Assembly (NCBI GenBank): GCA_964544555.1
Contig: CAZJBF010000004.1
Location: forward strand, 1-30,359
DNA length: 30,359 nt
Direction: 5' to 3'
Source: an uncultured Candidatus Saccharibacteria bacterium
GTDB taxonomy: Bacteria; Patescibacteriota; Dojkabacteria; SC72
Position 1 is the stretch's first letter, and every line of letters starts with the position of its first letter. The translations under genes were made by a program, and so were the position numbers. The notes beneath the pieces were generated by a model that was not told the origin of the DNA, searched no databases, and saw only the letters and a list, made by a program, of their open reading frames with translations. Below are positions 9,106-18,869 of the stretch, piece after piece.

Positions 9106-9186
9106 AAATGATAGTTCTCTAGGTTTTCATAATTAAATAATAAATAACTAATATGTTTATACTAAATTTTCAAAAATATATTAGTT

Positions 9187-9864
9187 ATGAATATCTTAAT
9201 TATAGAGAATTCCATCACTCTTTCACAATTAATTACAAGAACATTGGAGGCATATGAGTATAAAGTAACTGTAGATAATGATAATTTCGCAAATAAGAAA
9301 TTAATAGGAAAAGATATTTTTGATTTTGTAATTTTAAATACTAATTTAGGTAATGATAAAACAGCTAAAATACTTGATTATATAATCAAAAAGAAATCGA
9401 ATATTAAAATATTAGGAGTTTGTAACAAAGGAAATTGGACAGAAAAGGTACAATTTTTGAATAAGGGTGGTGATGATGTATTAACATACCCTTTTCCTAT
9501 GCAAGAACTTCTTGCAAGAATACAATCTTTATTAAGAAGACCTGTGAGTTATGTTGATAAGAATATTTATATTGGTAATTATATTCTAGATGTTGATAAT
9601 AAATGTGTATATAAAGATAACTCTGAATTAGATATTAGAAGAAAGGAATATGATCTATTTGAATACTTGGTAAGAAATAAGGATAGAGCAATATCAAGAT
9701 GTGAACTTTTAGATCATGTATGGGATTACAGAGAATATATTGGTTCAAATACAATAGATGTACATATACGAAGACTTAGATCAAAACTAAAAGATAGTAG
9801 TATGATAGAAACAATACATGGTATCGGTTATAAGGTTAAAAACAAAAAAACTAAATCATCATAG
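9187..9864 (+). CDS. OmpR/PhoB-family regulator with pseudo-receiver domain
   Basis: Intact winged helix (KEYDLFEYL, SRCELLDHVW, NTIDVHIRRLRSKL, IETIHGIGY); receiver catalytic residues substituted. Confidence 0.9.
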   Translation: MNILIIENSITLSQLITRTLEAYEYKVTVDNDNFANKKLIGKDIFDFVILNTNLGNDKTAKILDYIIKKKSNIKILGVCNKGNWTEKVQFLNKGGDDVLTYPFPMQELLARIQSLLRRPVSYVDKNIYIGNYILDVDNKCVYKDNSELDIRRKEYDLFEYLVRNKDRAISRCELLDHVWDYREYIGSNTIDVHIRRLRSKLKDSSMIETIHGIGYKVKNKKTKSS

Positions 9865-10972
9865 GCATAACCAAATGTACAAAACTCTCATCTCCTTCTA
9901 TTTTGAAAACTCCTGGTCTAACAGCTTCTGAACATTCAAAAACTATTTCTTCTGAATTTAGATGGCTAAGAATATCACCTAGAAGTTTTGCACTAAAAGC
10001 TATCTTGATATCATCTCCTTCTGCACTACATGATAGATTACTCTGATTTTTACCTAAATCACTTTGAGTTGCAGATAGAGTTATTTTTCCATCTTTAGAA
10101 TTAATATCCAATATGGTCTTATTTCCTAAAACAGATCTAGCAATAATATTGATAATTTTAATAGAGTTAACAAGCTCATTCTTTTTAATTCCACATCTAG
10201 TTTTAAATCCTGTAGGGATTATTTGTTTGTATTCTGGAAATTCTCCATCTATTAATCTAGATATTAAATCAACATCTGCAAACCTAAAAAGTACCTGATT
10301 TTTATCTTCTAACATATATATATATACCCATTCCTCATCAGTATCCAAAGCTGAAACAACATATGATAGTTCTAAAAATGCTCTAACAGGAACTAAGAAA
10401 TTCTTTTTTTTACTTCCCTTCTCAACTTTTATACTTTGTTTTGATAATCTAAGACCATCTGTAGCTACAAAAGAAACAGTATCATCATCTACCTCTACTT
10501 TAACACCAGTCAAAACTGGTTTAATATCATCAGTAGCTGCAGCAAAAGCTACTCTGTCTATTGAACTTACTAAATCATTCTTTTTAATTCTAACAATATG
10601 ATCATCTTTTTCTATTGTAGGAATATTAGGAAAATCATCAGAAGGCATAGTATTGAAACTAGCTGAGTTATTAGATGTAGATATATTAAAATTCTGTTTA
10701 ACAACCTCTATATCTACTTTTTCTTCAGGTATTGAATTAACAAACTCTGCTAACTGCTTTGCTGGTACTGTAACAACACCATCTTCTTTGATATCTGCTC
10801 CTATCCATGTAGTTATACTTAATTCTAAATCTGTTGTTTTAAGAATCAACTTTCCTTCTTTACTTTCAAAAGAGACATTACTTAGTATTGGTAAGCCGGG
10901 TTTGTTACCTACTACTCTACTTACTATGTTTAAATATTTAGAAAATGTATCTTGATTACATGAAAACTGCAT
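9851..10972 (-). CDS. dnaN: DNA polymerase III beta sliding clamp
   Basis: LPILSNV, TDLE, ATDGLRLS, SRLIDGEFPEY, LVMPM motifs; downstream of dnaA. Confidence 0.97.
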   Translation of the reverse strand: MQFSCNQDTFSKYLNIVSRVVGNKPGLPILSNVSFESKEGKLILKTTDLELSITTWIGADIKEDGVVTVPAKQLAEFVNSIPEEKVDIEVVKQNFNISTSNNSASFNTMPSDDFPNIPTIEKDDHIVRIKKNDLVSSIDRVAFAAATDDIKPVLTGVKVEVDDDTVSFVATDGLRLSKQSIKVEKGSKKKNFLVPVRAFLELSYVVSALDTDEEWVYIYMLEDKNQVLFRFADVDLISRLIDGEFPEYKQIIPTGFKTRCGIKKNELVNSIKIINIIARSVLGNKTILDINSKDGKITLSATQSDLGKNQSNLSCSAEGDDIKIAFSAKLLGDILSHLNSEEIVFECSEAVRPGVFKIEGDESFVHLVMPMMI

Positions 10973-11422
10973 ATGTTTTATATATTAATCTTAATTATTT
11001 GGCAGTTTTAAGATGTTATATCTTTATACTAATTATACAGAAAATTTTTATTTAGTGTATCTATTATATTTTTTTATTTTAATTAATTTTAGTTCAAGTA
11101 GTAGTAAGTATGGATAAGTTGATAACTATTACTTTGTATTAAAGAATTATTATATCTACAATATTTATATCTATTTTCTTTATGTGTATATCTTATCTTT
11201 ATATTCCATTGTTAAAATTAAAGATATCTATACACAGTACAGTTGTTTAGTGTGTATAACTTACTGGTATAAGTTTGGATAACTTCACTTATTCTGTGTA
11301 TATTGTATATCTTAAAAATCTTCTCTTAACGGCATTTCTATATAAATAAAGCATTTCTTTACTGTGGAGATATTCTAAGTTATTAGACAGATATCCTATA
11401 CTTATTCACAGAGTTATCCACT
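10973..11422. promoter_or_regulatory. Replication origin oriC (dnaA-dnaN intergenic)
   Basis: Perfect TTATNCACA boxes at 11251-11259 and 11402-11410; near-perfect boxes at 11109, 11117, 11183, 11228, 11274, 11295, 11414; TAG trios at 11097-11108; AT-rich stretch 11041-11096. Confidence 0.85.
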
Positions 11423-12868
11423 TTAGTTTCTTAACATTCTCATACAATTTTGTATTTTCTCCTCTAATCTAGAATCCTTTTGTTTTAATTTATCAATCTT
11501 TTCGCATGCATGTAGTACAGTTGTATGATCCTTTCTGTTTACTTCTCTTGCAACTTTTTCTAGTGGAAGTTCAAGTTCTTTTCTTAATATGTACATAACT
11601 ATTTGTCTGCATTGTGCGACATAGGCTGTTCTTCTATCCCCTTTTATGTCAGATGCTTTTACATCAAAAATCTCAGATACAGCATTTATTACTTTACTTG
11701 GTGTAATTCTTTTTCTTTTGTAATCTATATCTATTTGAAGAATTTTAGAAATATCTTCTTCAGAAGGCTCTATTCCCAATTTAAAAAGTGAAGCAACTTT
11801 TGTAAGTGCTCCTTCTAGTTCTCTAACATTACTTTCAATATTTTTTGCTATTAATTCTATATATTTCTCATCAACTTTAACGTTTTTTTCATCCAATACT
11901 TGTCTTAATATAGCTATTCTAGTCTCGTAATCAGGTGGTTGTATATCAGCTACCATACCTCCTTCAAATCTAGTTCTTAATCTATCTGTTATATTTTTTA
12001 TTTCTTTTGGAGGTCTATCAGAAGCTAATACTATCTGTTTATTTGCTTGATACAAAGCATTAAATGTATGGAAGAGTTCTTCTTGTGTTCTTGGATATGT
12101 CTCAACGAATTGAACATCATCTATTATTAATAGGTCTACTGCTCTGTATTTATTTCTGAAATCTTCATTTTTTTTAGTTCTAATTGCTTCTACCATTTCA
12201 TTAAGAAATTGTTCTATGGAAATATATACAACTTTTTTATTTGAATTATTTCTTATTACTTCATTACCTATTGCTTGCATGAGATGTGTTTTACCTAAAC
12301 CTGTATTTCCGTAAAAGAAAACAGGATTATATGCATTGCCTAAATCTTCTACTACTGCCTGAGCAACTGCTTCTGCTAATCTATTGTTTGTTCCAACTAC
12401 AAAATTAGAGAAAAGATATTTAGGATTTAATTGAGAATCATGTAATTTCTTTTCTAAAACATTTTTTTCATTTTCAGAAGCTGAGAAGAGAGTAATAGTT
12501 TCTCCTTCATTAGGATTATGATATTCATACTTCTCTTCTCTCGTATGAGTTTTTTGTTCTTTTATATTTACTTCTATTTCAAAATTTTGTCCGCTAGCTT
12601 TGTAAAGTGCTTGTTTTAGAGATGCTTTGTAGTCTCTTAATATTTTTTCTCTTTTGTATGCTGAATCGCAAGATATTTGTACTACCCCATTATTTATATC
12701 TTCGATGTATGAATTATTGAAGAGTCCTAAGAAAACTCTGTTAGTAATCATTAGTTTGAGATGTTCTTTAGTTATCTTCCAGAGTTCTTCTGGGTTTTGA
12801 GATGTTGTATAACTGTCTGTACTTTTCTCAATATTTTCAAGATGATTTTCAAAATCTGCTTTTTGCAT
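11423..12868 (-). CDS. dnaA: Chromosomal replication initiator
   Basis: YNPVFFYGNTGLGKTHL Walker A, LLIIDDVQF Walker B, RKDHTTVLHA domain IV signature. Confidence 0.98.
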   Translation of the reverse strand: MQKADFENHLENIEKSTDSYTTSQNPEELWKITKEHLKLMITNRVFLGLFNNSYIEDINNGVVQISCDSAYKREKILRDYKASLKQALYKASGQNFEIEVNIKEQKTHTREEKYEYHNPNEGETITLFSASENEKNVLEKKLHDSQLNPKYLFSNFVVGTNNRLAEAVAQAVVEDLGNAYNPVFFYGNTGLGKTHLMQAIGNEVIRNNSNKKVVYISIEQFLNEMVEAIRTKKNEDFRNKYRAVDLLIIDDVQFVETYPRTQEELFHTFNALYQANKQIVLASDRPPKEIKNITDRLRTRFEGGMVADIQPPDYETRIAILRQVLDEKNVKVDEKYIELIAKNIESNVRELEGALTKVASLFKLGIEPSEEDISKILQIDIDYKRKRITPSKVINAVSEIFDVKASDIKGDRRTAYVAQCRQIVMYILRKELELPLEKVAREVNRKDHTTVLHACEKIDKLKQKDSRLEEKIQNCMRMLRN

Positions 12869-13207
12869 AATCAGAGTACATTGTATATATTAAAAGGCAG
12901 TTTTCTTGAAGGGCAGTCACGGTCGATTGGGACTTTTCTCAATTATATTGATTTTTCTTAGGATGTGGATATCTTCTTTTGAGTTGTATGAAATGCCTTA
13001 TGGATAAAGTATTTCGATATTTAGAAAAACACTCTAGTAATTTTGGAGGAATATGTGAGTATGCTTAATAGTTAGTATATGAAAAGGATTTTTACGAGAT
13101 AGCTGGTATTTTAGTAAGTTTTAATATTCAATAAAAGAGAACACGATTCCTGATATAATGGAAGAATGAAAAATTTAGGACTGAGTTTTAGATATAGTTA
13201 ATTCGAA

Positions 13208-13546
13208 GTGAATAATATTCAACATAAAAAACAAGCTTCGGGTCCTTGGCAAAAGAAGTCTTTCTTAGAACAGATGGCAAATATAGGTAGTGAAGTATAT
13301 AGAGCTATTAATTGGAGAAAAAAGGGTAATGAAGAATATGCTCAAATGGCATTTGAGAGATCCTTAGAACTTTTTGATTTATCTAAAGAATCAAAATTAT
13401 CATATCCTCAATACAAAGAACTACTTAGAATGAGAGAGATATGTGTAGATTATTTCAAATATGACAATGATTATAATTCCTCAGCAGATAGTATAAATCG
13501 TTATTTTATGTATATAACTATAGCCTTTAAATCCTCTAAAAAATAA
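13208..13546 (+). CDS. Hypothetical helical protein
   Basis: GTG start; EQMANIGSEVYRA...AFERSLELFD amphipathic helices; extended -10 TGATATAAT at 13151-13159. Confidence 0.7.
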   Translation: MNNIQHKKQASGPWQKKSFLEQMANIGSEVYRAINWRKKGNEEYAQMAFERSLELFDLSKESKLSYPQYKELLRMREICVDYFKYDNDYNSSADSINRYFMYITIAFKSSKK

Positions 13547-13580
13547 TCATATGTTTTCTTAATTCATAGAGTATATATAT

Positions 13581-13609
13581 TTGCTAAATCTCAGTCCTTA
13601 CTATATAAT
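13581..13609 (+). promoter_or_regulatory. Sigma-70-type promoter of the rpmH operon
   Basis: TTGCTA-17 nt-TATAAT. Confidence 0.65.
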
Positions 13610-13639
13610 CAGCTTGATTTCATATATAGTTATTTAGTT

Positions 13640-13822
13640 ATGAAGAGAACATATCAGCCAAACAATTTGAAAAGAATTACGAAACTTGGTTTTAGAGCCA
13701 GAAACAAGACTGTTGGTGGAAAGAAAGTACTTAAGAGAAAGAGGTTAAAAGGAAGAAAAGAGCTTTCTGCTTCTGAAGAGTACAAACTTTTGAGAAAAAA
13801 ACATACAGATCATATTAGATAG
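13640..13822 (+). CDS. rpmH: 50S ribosomal protein L34 with C-terminal extension
   Basis: MKRTYQPN...GFRAR...[17 protein letters not shown]; classical position upstream of rnpA. Confidence 0.95.
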   Translation: MKRTYQPNNLKRITKLGFRARNKTVGGKKVLKRKRLKGRKELSASEEYKLLRKKHTDHIR

Positions 13823-13828
13823 TTTACT

Positions 13829-14167
13829 ATGCTACCTAAAAAATATAGATTGCCAGCAAAAGATTTTAAGTATATATATAGAAAGGGTTCTAAAGTTAAG
13901 GGTAAATATGGAATGCTGATTTCTCTACCTAATAATTCATCCTCCACTCTCTTCGGTTATGTTGTAAGCAAAAAGATAGGTAATGCAGTTCTAAGACATA
14001 GGTTTACTAGAATGTTGAGAAATATATCTATTGAAATTGTTAAAGAATTAGAAATAGATAATTCAGGATTGAGTTTCGAATATATAGCTTTTGAATTTAC
14101 GGATAATTCTAAATTATTAAAAGAGGAATTTCTTAGTCAGATTAAGAAAGCTCTTTTTAAGAGGTAA
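13829..14167 (+). CDS. rnpA: Ribonuclease P protein component
   Basis: MLPKKYRL; GYVVSKKIGNAVLRHRFTR (RNR-like motif); synteny. Confidence 0.93.
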   Translation: MLPKKYRLPAKDFKYIYRKGSKVKGKYGMLISLPNNSSSTLFGYVVSKKIGNAVLRHRFTRMLRNISIEIVKELEIDNSGLSFEYIAFEFTDNSKLLKEEFLSQIKKALFKR

Positions 14168-14170
14168 AAA

Positions 14171-14410
14171 ATGAAAAAGTTTATACTATTTTGTATAAAA
14201 ATATATCAAAAAACATTCTCATATGATCATGGGATTATTGGTAAAATATATTCAAATACCAGATATTGCAAATTCACACCTACTTGTTCAGAATATACAT
14301 ATGAGGCGATTAATAAATATGGTGTTATAAAAGGATCATTTCTAGGATTAAAAAGAATAATCAAATGTAATCCTTGGACTAAATCTTGTACATATGATCC
14401 TGTCCCTTAG
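14171..14410 (+). CDS. yidD: Membrane protein insertion efficiency factor
   Basis: [10 protein letters not shown]...YGVIKG...RIIKCNPW. Confidence 0.95.
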   Translation: MKKFILFCIKIYQKTFSYDHGIIGKIYSNTRYCKFTPTCSEYTYEAINKYGVIKGSFLGLKRIIKCNPWTKSCTYDPVP

Positions 14411-14461
14411 GCGAAATTTGTGATATATTCGCTAATGCATTTTATTTGATATTAAAGATTT

Positions 14462-15337
14462 ATGTTTTCTTTTATTTGGAATAATTTCTTCTACTATCCT
14501 TCACTGAATTTAATCGTTGTTTTATACGATTTACTGTTTAGTAACCTAGGGTTAGCGATCATAGCTATAGCTGTTATCTTCAGGTTAATAATTCTTCCTT
14601 TTATGAAGAGACAAAATGAGATGACCAGAAAAATGTCTTCTCTAAAACCTCAATTGGAAGCATTACAGAAGAAGTATAAGAATAATAAGGAGAAGTTATC
14701 CCAAGAGCAAATTAAACTGTATAAGAAGACTGGGTACAATCCTTTAGGTTGTCTAGTTACTTTTGTACCTCAACTTTTAATTCTTTCTGTTTTGAATCAA
14801 GTTATACGAAGAGTAACATCTGGTAATTTGGAAGGAATATATCCTTTTGTTAAGGATTGGTTTTTTGGAGGTTCAGATATTTCTGTTAATACCAATTTCA
14901 TAATATGGGATTTAACAAAATCATATTCTCAGATATCAGGGGAATTTGGAAAGTTTGCAACAATATCACTTCTCTACCTCCTACTTTGTTTGTTGGTAGG
15001 TCTATCTCAGTATTTAATGTCAAAGTTTAGATTGGTGATGCAAGATCCTTTAATGTCTATGAATAATGGGAGTAACAATAAAGATAAGAAGAAAAGTAAA
15101 GAAGATATGTCTCCTGAGGAAATGCAACAGAAGATGATGGGTTCTTTTACATTTCTACTACCTTTATCTACTGTATTCATAGCCATTAGTGCTCCGGCAG
15201 CATTGAGTGTTTACTGGATAGTTCAATCGTTCATGTTACTTTTGCAATATTTCATATTAGATTGGGACAAGACAAGGAAAGGTGTTCAGAATGCTGTAAC
15301 TATAATTAAGGAAAAAAGAAAGAAAGAAAAAGAATAA
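14462..15337 (+). CDS. yidC: YidC/Oxa1 membrane protein insertase (short form)
   Basis: LGLAIIAIAVIFRLIILP, LKPQLEALQKKY, GYNPLGC, ALSVYW motifs. Confidence 0.95.
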   Translation: MFSFIWNNFFYYPSLNLIVVLYDLLFSNLGLAIIAIAVIFRLIILPFMKRQNEMTRKMSSLKPQLEALQKKYKNNKEKLSQEQIKLYKKTGYNPLGCLVTFVPQLLILSVLNQVIRRVTSGNLEGIYPFVKDWFFGGSDISVNTNFIIWDLTKSYSQISGEFGKFATISLLYLLLCLLVGLSQYLMSKFRLVMQDPLMSMNNGSNNKDKKKSKEDMSPEEMQQKMMGSFTFLLPLSTVFIAISAPAALSVYWIVQSFMLLLQYFILDWDKTRKGVQNAVTIIKEKRKKEKE

Positions 15338-15381
15338 TTATTTCTGCCATTAACTTAGAATTAAATTTAAATAAATTATCT

Positions 15382-15861
15382 ATGAAAGATAAGGATATAA
15401 TTAAATTAGTGAAGGAAGAAGTAGAAACTCTATGTTCCCTACTGGATGTGGATTGTGAGAAAAAATTCTCACTAGAGGATGGTGAGGAAGATATTAAATA
15501 TATTAAAGTGGATTTTGAAGGAGAAGATTTGGGATATATGATTGGAAACAGAGGTAGACATTTGGATTCTCTTCAATTCATATTACAAGTAATGCTTGGT
15601 AGAAAATTAGAAGAGGATTACAATTTCAGAGTTTTCATAGATGTAGGAGGATATAGAAAAGAAAAAGATAGTAAATTAGAAGAATTAGCATTACAGAAGG
15701 CTGATGATGCAAGAATATTAGGAGAAGCGGTAGAACTTCCTCCAATGAAACCTTCTGATAGAAGAATTATTCATTTAGCACTGATGAAATTTAAAGATAT
15801 TCAAACAGAGAGTGAAGGAGAAGGTATGGATAGGCATATTGTTATAAAACCTATTAAGTAA
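15382..15861 (+). CDS. jag: Jag/KhpB RNA-binding protein (KH + R3H, no Jag_N domain)
   Basis: GYMIGNRGRHLDSLQ KH loop; DVGGYR; PMKPSDRRIIH R3H; SEGEGMDRH. Confidence 0.9.
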   Translation: MKDKDIIKLVKEEVETLCSLLDVDCEKKFSLEDGEEDIKYIKVDFEGEDLGYMIGNRGRHLDSLQFILQVMLGRKLEEDYNFRVFIDVGGYRKEKDSKLEELALQKADDARILGEAVELPPMKPSDRRIIHLALMKFKDIQTESEGEGMDRHIVIKPIK

Positions 15862-15886
15862 CCTTTTGTAATGATAGAATTACTTA

Positions 15887-17353
15887 ATGTTTGATAGAAG
15901 TTTTCTTAAAAAGAATATCCTATTTTTGATATTAGATATCTTTTTGGTTCTTTCAACAATTCTTTTTGTTGAAGAATCATTAGGTAGAGCAATTATTCTT
16001 GCCATATCATTTCTAATACATATATTCTTTCTTCTTTACACAAAAAATCCGGTATATTCTTCAATATTGTATATATTAATTACCCTGCCATTCAATATTA
16101 CATACCAATTACCGGAGTATGTTGAAATTTTAAGCTCAAGAATTCATATATATGATGCATATATTAATGGTATCTTTGTAAATTATCTTGTTCCAACAAT
16201 ATCTATTGTTGATATTGGGATATTTCTATTCCTCTTCTCTACCCTTTTTTACAAGGGAATAACTTTTCTAAAAAACTCTCTTTCGAAATACAAAATAATA
16301 CTTTCTATCTTTGTAATCTTCTTAATTATTCAAAATGTTCTTCTAAAGGACTTTGTAGTGGTTATAAATTCTTTTAGATTTGTATCTATATTTCTCTCAT
16401 TCATTTTTTTAATTGATATTATGAAAGAAAATGGACAGAAATTTTTTAAGAAAAATAATTTACTTGTTACTATTACTTTACTTTTAAATACCTTAATACA
16501 AGGATTTATTGGAATTATGCAATTTACAAGAGGAACATCATTAGCTCTATCTTCAATTGGAGAATCTCAGGTTGTCGCAGGAATGAGTGGATCTAGTTTC
16601 ATAGAATTGAATGACCAGTTATTTCTAAGAGCATATGGGACATTCCCCCACCCTAATATATTTGCAGGATTTTTGATTTTTTCTTCTTTAGTATCAGTAA
16701 TAATTTTTAAGAAGAATAAAGGTTGGATAAGATATTTAAATATTATGAATATCCTTTTTTGTTTTGTAATTATGTTTTTTACATTCTCTAGAGTTGGTAT
16801 ATTTCTAATTGTTTTAAATATTTTCATCTTTGTTTGTAAAGAGATGTATTCTAGAAAAATATTTAGAAAGAAAACATTTTCGTTTTTTCCAATTTTTGTT
16901 TTAGAAAGATTTGTTAATCTTTTTAATGGGGATGATAGTGGATGGAGAGATAGGAAAAATTTAATGGAAGCAAGTTTTAAAGTTATTAAGGAGAATATTA
17001 TCTTAGGTACAGGCTTTGGTAATTTTGTAAGGGCTATGGAAAATTATGTTCCTAGAACATCTAAAGGAATTATGTTATTACAGCCTGTACATAACATTTT
17101 TCTTCTTTTGTTTTCAGAGACAGGTATTATTGGCTTTTTACTCTTTTCCGTCTTTCTTTTTAAAATATTGAGGAAGAATATTAAGAAGATTACCATATTA
17201 GGAATTGTTGTCTTTGTTGATTTGATAGTTATCGGATTATTTGACCATTATCTACTGTCTCTGCCTCAAGGATTAGTAATATTTTTTTCATTAATATTTC
17301 TTATTATCCTAGAATCATATATTTCTAAGAAGAATAAATATGATGTAAAGTAG
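15887..17353 (+). CDS. O-antigen ligase-family membrane protein
   Basis: Multi-TM; RAYGTFPHPN, TFSR, GTGFGNF, PVHN motifs. Confidence 0.85.
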   Translation: MFDRSFLKKNILFLILDIFLVLSTILFVEESLGRAIILAISFLIHIFFLLYTKNPVYSSILYILITLPFNITYQLPEYVEILSSRIHIYDAYINGIFVNYLVPTISIVDIGIFLFLFSTLFYKGITFLKNSLSKYKIILSIFVIFLIIQNVLLKDFVVVINSFRFVSIFLSFIFLIDIMKENGQKFFKKNNLLVTITLLLNTLIQGFIGIMQFTRGTSLALSSIGESQVVAGMSGSSFIELNDQLFLRAYGTFPHPNIFAGFLIFSSLVSVIIFKKNKGWIRYLNIMNILFCFVIMFFTFSRVGIFLIVLNIFIFVCKEMYSRKIFRKKTFSFFPIFVLERFVNLFNGDDSGWRDRKNLMEASFKVIKENIILGTGFGNFVRAMENYVPRTSKGIMLLQPVHNIFLLLFSETGIIGFLLFSVFLFKILRKNIKKITILGIVVFVDLIVIGLFDHYLLSLPQGLVIFFSLIFLIILESYISKKNKYDVK

Positions 17354-18223
17354 TACTAAGCCAATGCTTTCTTTTTTAGAAATGTAGTATTTTCTTCCTA
17401 GTATTGAGAATATCCAAAATACAAATATTGCTATTAAGAGGAATATTATTTCAAAGATGAATGGTTTGAAATCTAATGGTACTATGAAAGAGGAAATACT
17501 AGGTATTAGAAGTATATTTATCAAAGTAGCTCCAAGTATATTTCCAATGCTTAATTGTAAATTTCCTTTTTTTATGACAGTGATAGATGTTATTAATTCT
17601 GGGATTGCTATTCCTATGGCTAGCATGAAGAAGCCTATTGTTGATCCTGTTATATTGAATTTGTTTGCAAATTCTAATAGGTTATCTATGCAAAATTTTC
17701 CAGATAGCATTAGCAGTATGGAAGAACATAGAAGAGTAACAAAATTGAATTTGATGGTACTTTCCATGGTTATTGTATGGTTGTTTTTGTTTGCTAGTAT
17801 TATCGATATACAGAACATTGTAATTGTTATTATTCCCATAACATAGTTCATTTGGAAGTTTGATATTGAGAGAAGGAAAACAAATATTCCAACGGAGAGT
17901 AATGTAAGAGGTATATTTCTTTTTATATCTATTTCCATTAGTTTGTATTTAACAAAGAAGCCTAAAGTTCCTAGTAAAAGAGTTATATTTACTAATGAGC
18001 TTCCTAAGAAAGTGGATATTGTTATATCTTGATGTCCTGTTATTGTTGAATATGTACTGATTACTAAATCGGGAAGAGATGTCCCTAAAGCAATTAGTGT
18101 GAACCCAATTAAGAAGCTGCTGACTTGTATTTTTTTTGCAAGTGCTACTGATTGATCTACGAAAATACCCGCTGATTTAAGTAAGACAATGAAAGAGATT
18201 ATAGCTATTAATATGTTTATCAT
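17315..18223 (-). CDS. Ca2+/Na+ antiporter family (YrbG-like)
   Basis: Two alpha-repeats ALGTSLPDL...GSSLVN and AIGIAIPEL...GATLIN; about 10 TM. Confidence 0.85.
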   Translation of the reverse strand: MINILIAIISFIVLLKSAGIFVDQSVALAKKIQVSSFLIGFTLIALGTSLPDLVISTYSTITGHQDITISTFLGSSLVNITLLLGTLGFFVKYKLMEIDIKRNIPLTLLSVGIFVFLLSISNFQMNYVMGIITITMFCISIILANKNNHTITMESTIKFNFVTLLCSSILLMLSGKFCIDNLLEFANKFNITGSTIGFFMLAIGIAIPELITSITVIKKGNLQLSIGNILGATLINILLIPSISSFIVPLDFKPFIFEIIFLLIAIFVFWIFSILGRKYYISKKESIGLVLLYIIFILLRNI

Positions 18224-18232
18224 GTTTCTATT

Positions 18233-18847
18233 TTATTCCTTCTTTAGGAAATAGTGAAATGATTTTTTACCTATTAATATAACTAGAAAATATTGAAGAG
18301 CTAGTAGTATTAATCCCCCTATTATGATTATTCCATATATTATTGTTTCTGTTACTTCGAAATTTAATCCTAACATTCCTTTTATGTTTTCACCTGTATA
18401 GGGATCTTTTAATGCTAGGTATGCTGAGCATATACAGAAGAATAGTAGTATGGAGGAACAGAATAATGCTGTATTATTTAAATTCTTTTTTAAGATTTCT
18501 TCTTTCTCATTATTCATAATAGTCTTTCTTGTGGTATATATGCTTGCTATTATTCCTAGTAGTGCATTGAATACAGGTACTCCCATAAAGAAGCCGAATA
18601 TGCCAATTGAATAGAAAAGATATATTGTTATTAGTATGATTGTTTTTTGATTGTACCCTATTGATATGAATTTGTTTAAGAAAATTTTGTTAATTATTAT
18701 TCCAATTATTAATCCTAATATTGCAAACATGAATATTAGGTTGTCTTGAAAGAAAGGAAGTGAACCCCACCATCCAATTAAAAACAGAAGTATTGGAATT
18801 ACAGGAGAGTATATAAAGGAGAGAAATTTTGTATCAAAATTTTTCAT
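18233..18847 (-). CDS. Hypothetical membrane protein
   Basis: 204 aa, 5-6 hydrophobic segments. Confidence 0.7.
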   Translation of the reverse strand: MKNFDTKFLSFIYSPVIPILLFLIGWWGSLPFFQDNLIFMFAILGLIIGIIINKIFLNKFISIGYNQKTIILITIYLFYSIGIFGFFMGVPVFNALLGIIASIYTTRKTIMNNEKEEILKKNLNNTALFCSSILLFFCICSAYLALKDPYTGENIKGMLGLNFEVTETIIYGIIIIGGLILLALQYFLVILIGKKSFHYFLKKE

Positions 18848-18869
18848 TAATTTTCATTCTATACTAGAA

